From IMG/VR virus record IMGVR_UViG_3300037485_001404, positions 11,235 through 75,234 of that record: a stretch of DNA of 64,000 nt; one strand, 5' to 3'. The notes under the pieces were generated by a model. The model saw nothing but the letters and a program-made list of their open reading frames with translations. It did not search any database and was not told where the DNA came from. Shown here piece by piece: positions 49,233-58,249 of the stretch. Source of the stretch: a virus. How positions within the stretch are numbered: position 1 is the stretch's first letter; the number at the start of each line of letters is the position of its first letter. Both the position numbers and the translations under genes were made by a program.

Positions 49233-50682
49233 AGTTAATCCACCGTTCACATGGAAATTTGCAACACCTCCACCGATTAGACCTGATATGATGAAAGGAA
49301 TAGACAATGGACCAGAAGACAAGGTTGAGCATACTGAGGGAACAGATGCGATTGAAACAGGAACAGATGGATCGGCAACTGGAGAACCTGAAGATAATTC
49401 AGGAACAGATGAAGGAATTGAGCCTGATGATACAGACAGTGAAGGGGTATTAGATGGAGAAGATATGCCCAATCCAAGCGGAGATCCAGGAGAGAACACT
49501 GACAGCCAAGAAACTAAAACTCCTGATAGAGAAGATGAAGAGGCAAATCCTGACAATGGAGAAGGAGATAGTACTGAGGACGAACCAGATGACTCACAAC
49601 AGGGAGATGATAGCGACACTGAAGGACAATGCCAGGGAAAGCTCTGCGAGCTAGTCCAACAGCATGACGAGATGATAGGCGAACAGGCTAAGATAATGCT
49701 TAGTCTTAAGCAGGAGACTAGTGCTAACACTGCTACCATGAAGTCTCATGATAGGGTATTGAAAGAGCATCATGATCGTTTCCAGTCAGTCAATGCCGGT
49801 ATGGCCAAATTGTCAGATAGACTTGACTCTTCAGGCAAATGGGCTAACACTGTCAATGAGAAATTGCTTAGCCTTAACGAAGCAATCAAGCTACGACAGA
49901 ACATTGTCCGTATTGAATTGACAAAAGATGATGAAGTTGTCAAGGCAGTAGAAGGCCAACACTTCATGTTTGACGTGTTGCTAAGAACAGTCATGACGGG
50001 CAAATTCGTATGGCTTGTTGGCCCGGCAGGTAGTTTCAAGACCGTATCTGCTAAAATGGTAGCAGATACGCTAGACCTGCCTTTCTACTGTACGTCAGTG
50101 TCTAGTCAGACCTCGGTCACGGCATTAGTAGGGTACATGGATGCAGGTGGTACCTACCGACCTAGTGCCTTCAGGAATGCTTATGAGTTTGGTGGTGTAT
50201 TCCTGCTAGACGAAGTTGATGCAGGCAATCCCAATGTTCTAACGGCATTGAATAGTTCTGAGAATACGTTCTACTCATTCCCTGATCAGATGGTCCAAAG
50301 GCATCCTGCTTTCCGACTTATCGCTGCGGGAAATACGTACGGTACTGGTGCATCAAGGCAACACGTTGGACGAAATCAGCTAGACGAAGCCACGTTGAAC
50401 AGGTACGTGTTCATTGAATGGCCTTATGATAATGAAATGGAGATGAATCTAGCCACTAACAAGGAATGGTGTAAACTTGTACAGCATGTGAGAAAAGAAG
50501 TTGACAACATGGGTATGCAAATCATAATCTCACCTAGGACAACGCTAATGGGGGAAGCATTGCTAAAGAAAGGTATCAAGCAGAAAGATGTAGTCAACAT
50601 GGTCATCATCAAAGGATCCAATGCCGATACCAAGGCGAAGATAGAGAGAGTGATCAATGATTATAACAGACAACTCAAGTAA
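49225..50682 (+). CDS. MoxR/CbbQ-like AAA+ ATPase with acidic disordered N-terminus
   Basis: WLVGPAGSFKT, FLLDEVDAGN, HPAFRLIAAGNT, GRNQLDEATLNRY, ISPR. Confidence 0.85.
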   Translation: MAKVNPPFTWKFATPPPIRPDMMKGIDNGPEDKVEHTEGTDAIETGTDGSATGEPEDNSGTDEGIEPDDTDSEGVLDGEDMPNPSGDPGENTDSQETKTPDREDEEANPDNGEGDSTEDEPDDSQQGDDSDTEGQCQGKLCELVQQHDEMIGEQAKIMLSLKQETSANTATMKSHDRVLKEHHDRFQSVNAGMAKLSDRLDSSGKWANTVNEKLLSLNEAIKLRQNIVRIELTKDDEVVKAVEGQHFMFDVLLRTVMTGKFVWLVGPAGSFKTVSAKMVADTLDLPFYCTSVSSQTSVTALVGYMDAGGTYRPSAFRNAYEFGGVFLLDEVDAGNPNVLTALNSSENTFYSFPDQMVQRHPAFRLIAAGNTYGTGASRQHVGRNQLDEATLNRYVFIEWPYDNEMEMNLATNKEWCKLVQHVRKEVDNMGMQIIISPRTTLMGEALLKKGIKQKDVVNMVIIKGSNADTKAKIERVINDYNRQLK

Positions 50683-51463
50683 ATTTCTGGTACGCTTTGA
50701 TAGCGTACAAGAGATGATGGAACACAATGAAATGATCCCTGAATACAACGATGCTGATGAATTCAGGGGAGGAGTAACCTATAAGCAAGCTGAGGATCTG
50801 CTCCTCAGAGGATGGCCTGAAGGTAGACGTAAGCTAGGTGCTATCACTCATGCTAGTGGGTTCTCAGAAAAGCAATCCAATAATGTATTTGATCTGATCG
50901 AATCGGTATCAGGTAGCATGGTAGATATGGGCAAGTATCTATCAGGTGAGCCAGAATGTATGCTAGAATTCACAGCGGGGAGATCAGACAAGCTAGTGTC
51001 TATTCTCTATGCTCCTAAGCTACACAAGGAAGTAAGCAGCAATGCTATCTTCATGTTAGGTGCTTATCTGATGCAAGCAATTGATTCGCTAGAGGCTGAT
51101 GGGTATCGGACTGAGATCATCTATCGATTTGGAGTAAACGGAGAACGAGCATATGCGGCTGATATCTACATCACACTGAAGACTTTCACTTCTATCATGG
51201 ATGAAGACTTCCTAACATTCTGCTTGTGTCATCCTGCATTTCTCAGATGTTTGCTATTCTGCTACATGGGAAAGATGAAACTTCGAGATCCTGCTAAGTT
51301 GAACGATCACTTAGGATATCCCTGTAGTGCAACGGACAAAGAGAAAGAGAACTATGATATCGTTATCGAAGACTTAGTGCTGTATTCGGAACTATCGACA
51401 AAAGAATCCATCGAGAAATGTTTCGGGAAGTACAATTTGCACTTGACAGAAGAGGAAGAGTAG
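50657..51463 (+). CDS. AAA+ partner protein (vWA-like)
   Basis: GSMVDMGKYLSGEPECM, AIDSLEADGY, HPAFLR; typical partner of phage MoxR-like ATPases. Confidence 0.65.
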   Translation: MIITDNSSKFLVRFDSVQEMMEHNEMIPEYNDADEFRGGVTYKQAEDLLLRGWPEGRRKLGAITHASGFSEKQSNNVFDLIESVSGSMVDMGKYLSGEPECMLEFTAGRSDKLVSILYAPKLHKEVSSNAIFMLGAYLMQAIDSLEADGYRTEIIYRFGVNGERAYAADIYITLKTFTSIMDEDFLTFCLCHPAFLRCLLFCYMGKMKLRDPAKLNDHLGYPCSATDKEKENYDIVIEDLVLYSELSTKESIEKCFGKYNLHLTEEEE

Positions 51464-51504
51464 GATACTGAGATACTACTGTTGAGATTCCAAGGAGATC
51501 GATA

Positions 51505-51804
51505 GTGGGACTGAGTAGGTTTACGGACGTTGGGATAGTTACGATGATCCATCCGAGTCGAGAATCGACAAGGACAGGATCCCCAAGTATCTGTTTAGAG
51601 ATTGATGTGGGAGAAGGGGAGAAGCACTTCGTCATGGCGACAGGACGACAGATGCTTGAATTCGTTAACGATAAGCTAAAGACAGGAGATACTATATACG
51701 TCGAAGGGAAACAGAAAAGAGACAAGACGTTCAGTGCAGAGATGCCGAAAAACATCATCATCAAATTCGCTAATCATATCTCAATTCTATCCGAGGTCGG
51801 ATAG
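51505..51804 (+). CDS. SSB-like OB-fold protein lacking an acidic tail
   Basis: KLKTGDTIYVEGK motif; 99 aa. Confidence 0.6.
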   Translation: MGLSRFTDVGIVTMIHPSRESTRTGSPSICLEIDVGEGEKHFVMATGRQMLEFVNDKLKTGDTIYVEGKQKRDKTFSAEMPKNIIIKFANHISILSEVG

Positions 51805-51840
51805 GTTGAGTCGAGCTACGACAAGAAAAGGAAACAGCAT

Positions 51841-52308
51841 ATGACAGAAGTTATCGCAAATGTGGAAGTTAAGGCCAAGTCGAAGAAAGGTCCCCAAGGA
51901 CCTATTAAGCAATACGTTATCATCGGCGCAGAGCTTGGTGTGTTCGAGATGCTCGAAGAGTATTGCGAACGTACTGGAGCTGCCAAGGAAGATCTTCGGG
52001 CAGCTCTCAACCTTGCTTTTGCAACGGATGCCCGAAAGTCTATCCGGGTTCCCTTTGACCATCCTGCACTCGTTCTGGAAGCCAAGGCGAAGCGTGACCA
52101 CACGCAACGTTACTTGTTCATCTTCGCCGATGGTACTGCGGCATACAGCTCTAAAACGCCAGAGAGCTATATCTCTGTCATTGACCTCAAGAACAAGACC
52201 ATGACCAACTCGGTTGGAACCTTGGCACTCCCTTGGGAGAAGGGCGAATTCCACGGCACCCGGCCTGTCTCGAAGAAGGATAAGCCTGTCGAGGTTACTC
52301 CTGCCTAA
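51841..52308 (+). CDS. Hypothetical protein
   Basis: 155 aa, AAGGA RBS. Confidence 0.7.
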   Translation: MTEVIANVEVKAKSKKGPQGPIKQYVIIGAELGVFEMLEEYCERTGAAKEDLRAALNLAFATDARKSIRVPFDHPALVLEAKAKRDHTQRYLFIFADGTAAYSSKTPESYISVIDLKNKTMTNSVGTLALPWEKGEFHGTRPVSKKDKPVEVTPA

Positions 52309-52331
52309 GCACTATACCAAGACATTAACCT

Positions 52332-52363
52332 GATAGGGAAGATATGCCAATATCTTTCCTATC
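52332..52363 (+). terminator. Intergenic hairpin / putative terminator
   Basis: GATAGGGAAGATAT-GCCA-ATATCTTTCCTATC (14-bp stem). Confidence 0.55.
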
Positions 52364-52382
52364 TCTATTTGGAGATCCTAGG

Positions 52383-52706
52383 ATGATTAAATTTAGAGCC
52401 AGTAAAGAACAGCTTTGTCAGATTATGGCTAATGCTGTTAATGCCTCTGCCCCGATGGGTATGGGATTTCTTCGCTACGACAAAACTAAGCAGTATAAGC
52501 CTGAAGACTTTGAAGATAACGTTGCATCTGGAAACCTAGAACTAGACTATGTTGACGGTAGGATGGTTAAGTTATCCATTCGTTCTGCAGAAGAAGATAC
52601 CTACACACTACGGGAACCGAGACCTGATTACCAATCTTGGTGCCGGAAATACCATACCGTGGCTGATCTGGTCACCAGTGCTGGTGCAGAGGTACTTGAC
52701 ACCTAA
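52383..52706 (+). CDS. Hypothetical phage protein
   Basis: ASAPMGMGFL...LDYVDGRMVKL; ATG 52383 after GGAG. Confidence 0.7.
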   Translation: MIKFRASKEQLCQIMANAVNASAPMGMGFLRYDKTKQYKPEDFEDNVASGNLELDYVDGRMVKLSIRSAEEDTYTLREPRPDYQSWCRKYHTVADLVTSAGAEVLDT

Positions 52707-52757
52707 CTGGTGCTCAACATGCTCTGTTGAGTCTCCTATCGCTATTTTGAGGGTATT

Positions 52758-52922
52758 ATGGTCCGCGTCCTGCTTTGCTTCCTTGGCTTGGCCTGTATCT
52801 GTGCCTTGATTTGTGTCATCTTGGATTGGCTGCACTCGGTCTACCGGGAGATCTTTCCAAAGACAGACCCGGTAGTAGTAGCCTGGAATAGGGATAGGAG
52901 AGATTCTGAGACACTCTCTTGA
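52758..52922 (+). CDS. Small membrane protein (54 aa, below track cutoff)
   Basis: MVRVLLCFLGLACICALICVILDWL...; GAGG RBS. Confidence 0.45.
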   Translation: MVRVLLCFLGLACICALICVILDWLHSVYREIFPKTDPVVVAWNRDRRDSETLS

Positions 52923-52924
52923 CC

Positions 52925-53482
52925 CTATGGTATGGTAGGAGGTTTGACTTCTACCGCTTCACCTTGAGCCTCTAAACGCTGAACAGCGCCTACCTCCAAT
53001 CTCAATGCCTCTACTCTTTCCCTAAGTTCTATCTCTTCTTGCTTTAGCTTTGCTCTCTTGACTTTACATGCCTCACGGTATTGTGCTACCTTATCTGCCT
53101 TACTTTCATCCTGCCTATAGGCTTTATGCCTCTTCTTCTCTCTTTCTTTGAACTTATACTCACCTAAAGCAGACAATGCTAATTCATGTACGTTAGGTAT
53201 ATCGATACATCTATTGATTAGATCTAGGATAGGTCTGAAAGATAACCTAAACGTAGGAGGAACATAGTATTCCTCACCAGTAGCAGTTACCAGTGTATCA
53301 TGATCCTGTTGTGTCACCCTGAATACTCCTACTTCAGGGATAACCAGTAGTCTATGTTTCTTTAGTTGATTCCTCATAGACTCTACCATCGACAGATAAG
53401 ACGAGCTTGAATTTATTGGTGCCTCTTGTCCGAATATCTCTTCTAAACCTTTGATTGTTTTTGACTTTGAAAAGAAGATCAC
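52925..53482 (-). CDS. HU/IHF-like DNA-binding protein with coiled-coil C-terminal extension
   Basis: LVIPEVGVFRV...TGEEYYVPPTFRLSFRP matches the HU/IHF arm pattern. Confidence 0.6.
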   Translation of the reverse strand: MIFFSKSKTIKGLEEIFGQEAPINSSSSYLSMVESMRNQLKKHRLLVIPEVGVFRVTQQDHDTLVTATGEEYYVPPTFRLSFRPILDLINRCIDIPNVHELALSALGEYKFKEREKKRHKAYRQDESKADKVAQYREACKVKRAKLKQEEIELRERVEALRLEVGAVQRLEAQGEAVEVKPPTIP

Positions 53483-53855
53483 GATCTACTAACCTCTCTG
53501 CAATAGATAAGAACAAATCTTCTAGCTTACTACTAGCATTGAATATCATCTCTACACATCTCATAGCGGTAGGTTTATCTCTATTGACTGTCTTCCATTT
53601 GTATTCCTCTTCTAGCCATAGTGTACCAATGCTTGCTATCTCTACCTTATGGCCTTCAGCTAGGGCTTTGGCAATGACAGTGCCAAAGGCCCAGACATAC
53701 TGCTGACATTCATCGTAACCTTTGCCCGTTGCTTTCGACATCTCCATGATCAGTTGATGAATTGCAAGTCTATAATCTTCCGATCCTTTCTTGCAAAGCT
53801 TGTCCTCCAAGGGTTTGAAGACGGAATGAATTCTAAACTTATTGAGCACTTGCAA
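53352..53855 (-). CDS. HU/IHF-like DNA-binding protein
   Basis: LIMEMSKATG...VWAFGTVIAKALAEGHKVEIASIGTL...FNASSKL. Confidence 0.7.
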   Translation of the reverse strand: MQVLNKFRIHSVFKPLEDKLCKKGSEDYRLAIHQLIMEMSKATGKGYDECQQYVWAFGTVIAKALAEGHKVEIASIGTLWLEEEYKWKTVNRDKPTAMRCVEMIFNASSKLEDLFLSIAERLVDRDLLFKVKNNQRFRRDIRTRGTNKFKLVLSVDGRVYEESTKET

Positions 53856-53881
53856 TCCCCTCTTGCCTAATCCTACCTACT

Positions 53882-53910
53882 ATACTATAGTGACACATGA
53901 ATTCTGTCAA
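53882..53910 (-). promoter_or_regulatory. Sigma70-type promoter for the HU/IHF-like pair
   Basis: Minus strand TTGACA-17 nt-TAGTAT. Confidence 0.7.
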
Positions 53911-53943
53911 CCAGGGTAGGTCTGAGAGAGAAAGGCAAATGAA

Positions 53944-54600
53944 ATGAGCATCATAGCACTAAAGGTTGGGGACCGTTATGTCTGTGAAAGGGTCGAAGAT
54001 TGTGCTAGGTATCGGTTATTCCAGAGAGAAGGGCTGACTCCTCTCGATGGCTGGCATCAGGAAAAGAAGTTTCTCCATTCACTACTGGATCTTATGCCCA
54101 CCATACTGAGCCAATCTTCCAACGAGGCAACGAGTCTGGAAGATGGCACTGTGAGGATAGGATTGAAAAGGTATCTCCCTATCCTAGCCTATACTTACAA
54201 ACATGCTGAGAGAGTATTCTCACGCAATACACCTTACTGGTATGATGTAGCATGTGCTGTGAAGATAATGCAAGATGCAGAGATAAAGACTGTGAACATT
54301 ATCTACTTTCAGATATCTCCTTTTGTATGTGGGGTTAACAAATACCTCCCTAACTACAAGTCTTTTAGGGTAGACCTTGAGGCAGATAAGGCAACGATAG
54401 ACCTAAAACCTTCTTCTGCTATACCTTTGTCATACATAGCCTATCTGCCTGATGATGTGTTGCCTAGTAGGACTGAGTATTGGAATGGAGGGTTAGAAGG
54501 TAATCCATGCAATGTTTGTCACTACGCTTCTATGTGTCACCTCATACATAGGGATAGCCTTACATTGGAGCAAGTGCTCAATAAGGAATTCCAAATATGA
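53944..54600 (+). CDS. Cas4/AddB-like Fe-S protein, nuclease motif apparently degenerate
   Basis: N-terminal DCARY and C-terminal CNVCHYASMC (1+3 Cys arrangement). Confidence 0.5.
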   Translation: MSIIALKVGDRYVCERVEDCARYRLFQREGLTPLDGWHQEKKFLHSLLDLMPTILSQSSNEATSLEDGTVRIGLKRYLPILAYTYKHAERVFSRNTPYWYDVACAVKIMQDAEIKTVNIIYFQISPFVCGVNKYLPNYKSFRVDLEADKATIDLKPSSAIPLSYIAYLPDDVLPSRTEYWNGGLEGNPCNVCHYASMCHLIHRDSLTLEQVLNKEFQI

Positions 54601-55091
54601 CAGATAGGATTAGATACTTTGATGCTCTTAATAGACCAGTAGAGACTAGGGTTACCAAGCACGTAGAAGGGTATATCGTAGTATCTGAAACCTTGGGAGA
54701 ACCGCTAAGCAAAAGAATCATAGCGAGCTACGACAACACCAGAATCCCAAGGCTCCATTCTAGAGGGCTAGATGTATCTCCAGTGATATGGTTTGAGCTT
54801 ACCAGAGAAGATGTGATGCCTATACTCAAGGCTATTATGAAAAAGGAATGCCCTACCGATTTCGAGGATGAGCCTCTTCCTTGGACAGAGACAGAACTAA
54901 ATTCAACCAATCTAAAGGCATTCATCCTAGATACTAGGAGTAGGTATCTCTATGGACTATTGCCTGTATTGCAAAAATGGCACAAGGTAAGCATTGGAGG
55001 TGAGATGTCATGGAATAAGATGTTGGATATATTACTTACGTTCTTTAGTAAACTACCGCAAGACAACACGGAGATAGGTCTATTGTCATGA
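54597..55091 (+). CDS. Hypothetical protein
   Basis: 164 aa, coupled ORF. Confidence 0.65.
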   Translation: MTDRIRYFDALNRPVETRVTKHVEGYIVVSETLGEPLSKRIIASYDNTRIPRLHSRGLDVSPVIWFELTREDVMPILKAIMKKECPTDFEDEPLPWTETELNSTNLKAFILDTRSRYLYGLLPVLQKWHKVSIGGEMSWNKMLDILLTFFSKLPQDNTEIGLLS

Positions 55092-55390
55092 GCACAAAAG
55101 TTATTACTTTTGATATAGATGAACAAGCAGAGCTGAATCTCAGGAAACAGTATAGAGGATCCACGGATTATAGGATAATGCCTATCATTGCCTGCAGTCA
55201 ATGTAAGTACAAGAGGGCAAAGACTGCGGCACACTTCTATTGTGGGTTAAAGAATTCAGTGAAGAAGCTATCGCCTAGAGAATTGTACATGGTATTGCCA
55301 GATGATTGTCCGTTGAAGAAAGCTAAACCAGAACATATGCCAGAAAAGGAATTGAAAGATGAAAGTGAAAAGCATCCAAGAGCAGAATAA
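55088..55390 (+). CDS. Hypothetical Cys-containing protein
   Basis: CSQC...C...PDDCPL. Confidence 0.6.
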   Translation: MSTKVITFDIDEQAELNLRKQYRGSTDYRIMPIIACSQCKYKRAKTAAHFYCGLKNSVKKLSPRELYMVLPDDCPLKKAKPEHMPEKELKDESEKHPRAE

Positions 55391-55613
55391 GATATTAGTC
55401 CTTAAGCTTCTCTCTTGTGTAGAAACTTATCCTTTAATGAGATTCTCTCAGATCCTGTACAACTTTGGATTTGTCACACAAGCAGGAAAGATGTGGGAAG
55501 ATGAATACCCTAAGCATCCTTCAGAGATTATCGAAAGAGTAGACGAAGCAATGAAAGAGATATTCTCTATAGTCGTACCGATTAAGGGGACTGATGATGC
55601 CAGTAAAGCATGA
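55359..55613 (+). CDS. Hypothetical protein
   Basis: YPLMRFSQIL motif of small phage proteins. Confidence 0.6.
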   Translation: MKVKSIQEQNKILVLKLLSCVETYPLMRFSQILYNFGFVTQAGKMWEDEYPKHPSEIIERVDEAMKEIFSIVVPIKGTDDASKA

Positions 55614-56013
55614 CTATAGATGTAGACTATGTGATGTAATCATCATGGATTCTTATGAGAAAGAGACTTGTCCTGAATGCAATGGTCTCATGGAGATTAC
55701 CTATGAACACTGGACTGAGAATGATCTAGCTATCCCTAATCATGGACGATGTAAGAATGAACTGACAGACCATGACGGAAAGCGTAAGATGTTCAAGGCA
55801 TCTGAGGATCCAGTATGTTCTATTGAGTTGGGGTTGATTGATGACCCTGCTAGTAGGGGGCTTAGGACCTTTACTCCTGAGCAGGCACAGCACTTCAGGA
55901 ATAGACTGATACGAGACAAGGATGATAGCCCTACGATGAGGAGAGAGATCCTAAGAGCTAGGGCAGACAATGAGAAAGCTAAAGGTATAGTGACCGGATA
56001 CGATACGATGTAA
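55594..56013 (+). CDS. FmdB-like zinc-ribbon protein
   Basis: MPVKHDYRCRLC...CPECNG. Confidence 0.65.
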   Translation: MMPVKHDYRCRLCDVIIMDSYEKETCPECNGLMEITYEHWTENDLAIPNHGRCKNELTDHDGKRKMFKASEDPVCSIELGLIDDPASRGLRTFTPEQAQHFRNRLIRDKDDSPTMRREILRARADNEKAKGIVTGYDTM

Positions 56014-56022
56014 GGAGATATT

Positions 56023-56181
56023 ATGCACAGAAGGGTACAGGTTCAAGTTTTCTATTGTCCTATCTTAGAATATCATAGCTTCATAAAGAAGATGAGGAGA
56101 TATAATTGGGAGATAGTACATGCTACGTTGTTAGAGGGTGGTAGGAAAGAGATTAGGTTTATAGTGGAGAAAGAAGTATAA
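56023..56181 (+). CDS. Small hypothetical protein (52 aa)
   Basis: AAGGAG RBS, ATG 56023 to TAA 56181. Confidence 0.55.
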   Translation: MHRRVQVQVFYCPILEYHSFIKKMRRYNWEIVHATLLEGGRKEIRFIVEKEV

Positions 56182-56194
56182 CAAGGAGTCTATC

Positions 56195-56440
56195 ATGAGC
56201 TTAGAACCAGCGGTATTTTGTGCAGGGTGTGAAGAGTTTGCAGTGGTGTCAGAGGAATGGAAAGAATGCCCTAACTGCAACGGTCATATCGATAGTGATG
56301 ACGTTTGCTGTCAGGGTTGCGGTAGGTGTGCCGAATGCGGAGCTATGGCTGACGAATTCTGTGATGAATGTGGATACTGTATCTCCTGCTGTGATTGCGA
56401 TGAAGATGAGGATGAGGATGAGGATGAGGTAGCAGAATGA
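56195..56440 (+). CDS. Very Cys-rich small protein with (DE)n tail
   Basis: 15 Cys in 81 aa; AAGGAG RBS; GATGAG repeats. Confidence 0.65.
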   Translation: MSLEPAVFCAGCEEFAVVSEEWKECPNCNGHIDSDDVCCQGCGRCAECGAMADEFCDECGYCISCCDCDEDEDEDEDEVAE

Positions 56441-56787
56441 TCAGAGAAGGCATACTTATTGTAGAATCGGGATTGACTCTGCCCTATCAACTTGAGGTAA
56501 GAATCCCTAGAAGGAACAATACTGTCAATGCCTTTTCATCTATAGATGCTTTACCCTCTGCTGAAGGACTATACACGACCGATGTCTATCTCGCAGATAG
56601 AGATTGGTATATGACTACAGATCTTCCAGGGCATGAAGTACCTGTAGACTATATGCTTCGATCAATACTTGAAGCTATCCGTAGTTATGAGCAGCATAGA
56701 GCTAAGTGTCCAGCATATGGGTTCATTGTGAACAAGGATTATACAAAATTGATTGTACATGGGTTTAAGATAAGGATGCCATACTGA
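56437..56787 (+). CDS. Hypothetical protein
   Basis: Coupled ORF, 116 aa. Confidence 0.6.
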   Translation: MIREGILIVESGLTLPYQLEVRIPRRNNTVNAFSSIDALPSAEGLYTTDVYLADRDWYMTTDLPGHEVPVDYMLRSILEAIRSYEQHRAKCPAYGFIVNKDYTKLIVHGFKIRMPY

Positions 56788-56999
56788 TGAAATTAGATTT
56801 GGAGAATGAGAACCTGATCAGAGAGTTGAATAAGTGCATAGATAGTAGATCGAGCTACGACGTTTGTGCTGACATCATAGCCATTAAAGAGAAGCTCGTA
56901 GCTAGACTCTGGGTGCTACAGTGCAGAGAAACCATGTTTGTGAAACAACGTGACATCCTTATTGACATTAAGGATCTTGTTGGAGGAGCTGATTTGTGA
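56787..56999 (+). CDS. Hypothetical protein
   Basis: Coupled ORF, 70 aa. Confidence 0.55.
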   Translation: MKLDLENENLIRELNKCIDSRSSYDVCADIIAIKEKLVARLWVLQCRETMFVKQRDILIDIKDLVGGADL

Positions 57000-57382
57000 A
57001 AGAGTCTATCAATAATTCCCCGCTTATAGACGCTGTGCTGAATAACTGTGATGTAAGTCCTGATATCAAAGAGGAGTGTAGAGCAATCCTTACGAAAGCA
57101 ATGCACTCTTGTGAGATACTGATGAAAACTTATGATAAGGACCCCCGTCGCCATACGCTCGGACCGATACCATTTTTTCTGTTAAGTATTGCGAACCTGC
57201 TTAACCTCATTGCACTATCCCCTGAGAATAGGGAATCTGAATCAATAAAAGTAATGATGTCTGGTAATCATTATCTTATCTCTGAGTTCCTTACTCACAT
57301 CTGCAAGAAAGGAATCCAAGAGGTAGATATGACAGGAGTAGAAGTGAGGATAGAAGATGGATCACAACAGTCTGAAGAGTAG
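56996..57382 (+). CDS. Hypothetical protein
   Basis: GGAGG RBS, 128 aa. Confidence 0.6.
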   Translation: MKESINNSPLIDAVLNNCDVSPDIKEECRAILTKAMHSCEILMKTYDKDPRRHTLGPIPFFLLSIANLLNLIALSPENRESESIKVMMSGNHYLISEFLTHICKKGIQEVDMTGVEVRIEDGSQQSEE

Positions 57383-57581
57383 AGATTTGACAGTATTTCA
57401 TAGAGTCATGTGCTATGAATGTAAGTATCAGGATGATTGGGAGTGTCATCTAAACCCTCCTCAAATGGTATTTACTGTGCAGACTAGTAGAGAGACTGAC
57501 TACAGGGATGAAAATACTTATCATTTCTTTCCTACAGTGAGCGGTAAAGATTGGTGTTCAAAAGGAGAGTTGAAGGTATGA
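57357..57581 (+). CDS. Small Cys protein (CxxC...C..NPP...FP.V...DWC)
   Basis: Motif common in small phage proteins. Confidence 0.6.
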   Translation: MDHNSLKSRDLTVFHRVMCYECKYQDDWECHLNPPQMVFTVQTSRETDYRDENTYHFFPTVSGKDWCSKGELKV

Positions 57582-57757
57582 GAGCAATAGGGATTATGAG
57601 TGCTGTAACCGCAATGGGGATTACACCATTTGAAGTAGAACGTAGAATAGCTAATCGGGATATCTATGAAGCTGGTATTAAAGCCCAGAGAGTTGATAGA
57701 CCGAAGGCTAAAGCTCAGAGGAAAGCAAGAAGGATTGAAAGAAAGAATAGGAAATGA
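57578..57757 (+). CDS. Small basic protein
   Basis: KAKAQRKARRIERKNRK tail; ATG 57578 after GGAG. Confidence 0.55.
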   Translation: MRAIGIMSAVTAMGITPFEVERRIANRDIYEAGIKAQRVDRPKAKAQRKARRIERKNRK

Positions 57758-57957
57758 TGAAAGAAACTAAGACAATCGTAAACGGAATTAGGTGTGATGG
57801 TTGCGGAAGCCAGATGGTTATCAATGTAGTAGTGAATCATCAAGAAGATGTACATGCAGAGAGTGTCTCTCTACAGTGTACAGATAGAGAATGCTACTAC
57901 GGAAGCATTAGCGGTAGAATTAGTATAGCTTCTCATGCTACCCAGATAGACAAATAA
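57754..57957 (+). CDS. Small zinc-ribbon protein
   Basis: CDGC...CTDREC. Confidence 0.55.
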   Translation: MMKETKTIVNGIRCDGCGSQMVINVVVNHQEDVHAESVSLQCTDRECYYGSISGRISIASHATQIDK

Positions 57958-58217
57958 TGATCTGGTGGCTTACCCCGAAAGAACTGAAGCTATTGGCGCT
58001 TAGTATGGAAACTGATAGGAGACAGTACAAAATGATTTCATATACAATTGTTCATGGTGTTCAGTGTACCGCATGCGGAAGTCCGATCGTAGCTACTGCT
58101 GAACCGATCGGAGACGGCGGAGATGTAGAGATGGGACTGCAGTGTATCGCTAAGTGTCCGGGCAACCCGATGAGAAACATAACCTACCCTAACCACATCC
58201 AAATGAAAAAGACTTGA
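57957..58217 (+). CDS. Small zinc-ribbon protein (paralogue-like of 57754-57957)
   Basis: IVHGVQCTACGS versus IVNGIRCDGCGS; LQC in both. Confidence 0.55.
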   Translation: MIWWLTPKELKLLALSMETDRRQYKMISYTIVHGVQCTACGSPIVATAEPIGDGGDVEMGLQCIAKCPGNPMRNITYPNHIQMKKT

Positions 58218-58242
58218 CAACGCCAAACCCTTATGCTAGTAG
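58214..58242 (+). promoter_or_regulatory. Sigma70-type promoter upstream of the structured RNA
   Basis: TTGACA-17 nt-TAGTAG with TG extension. Confidence 0.5.
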
Positions 58243-58249
58243 AGATTCA

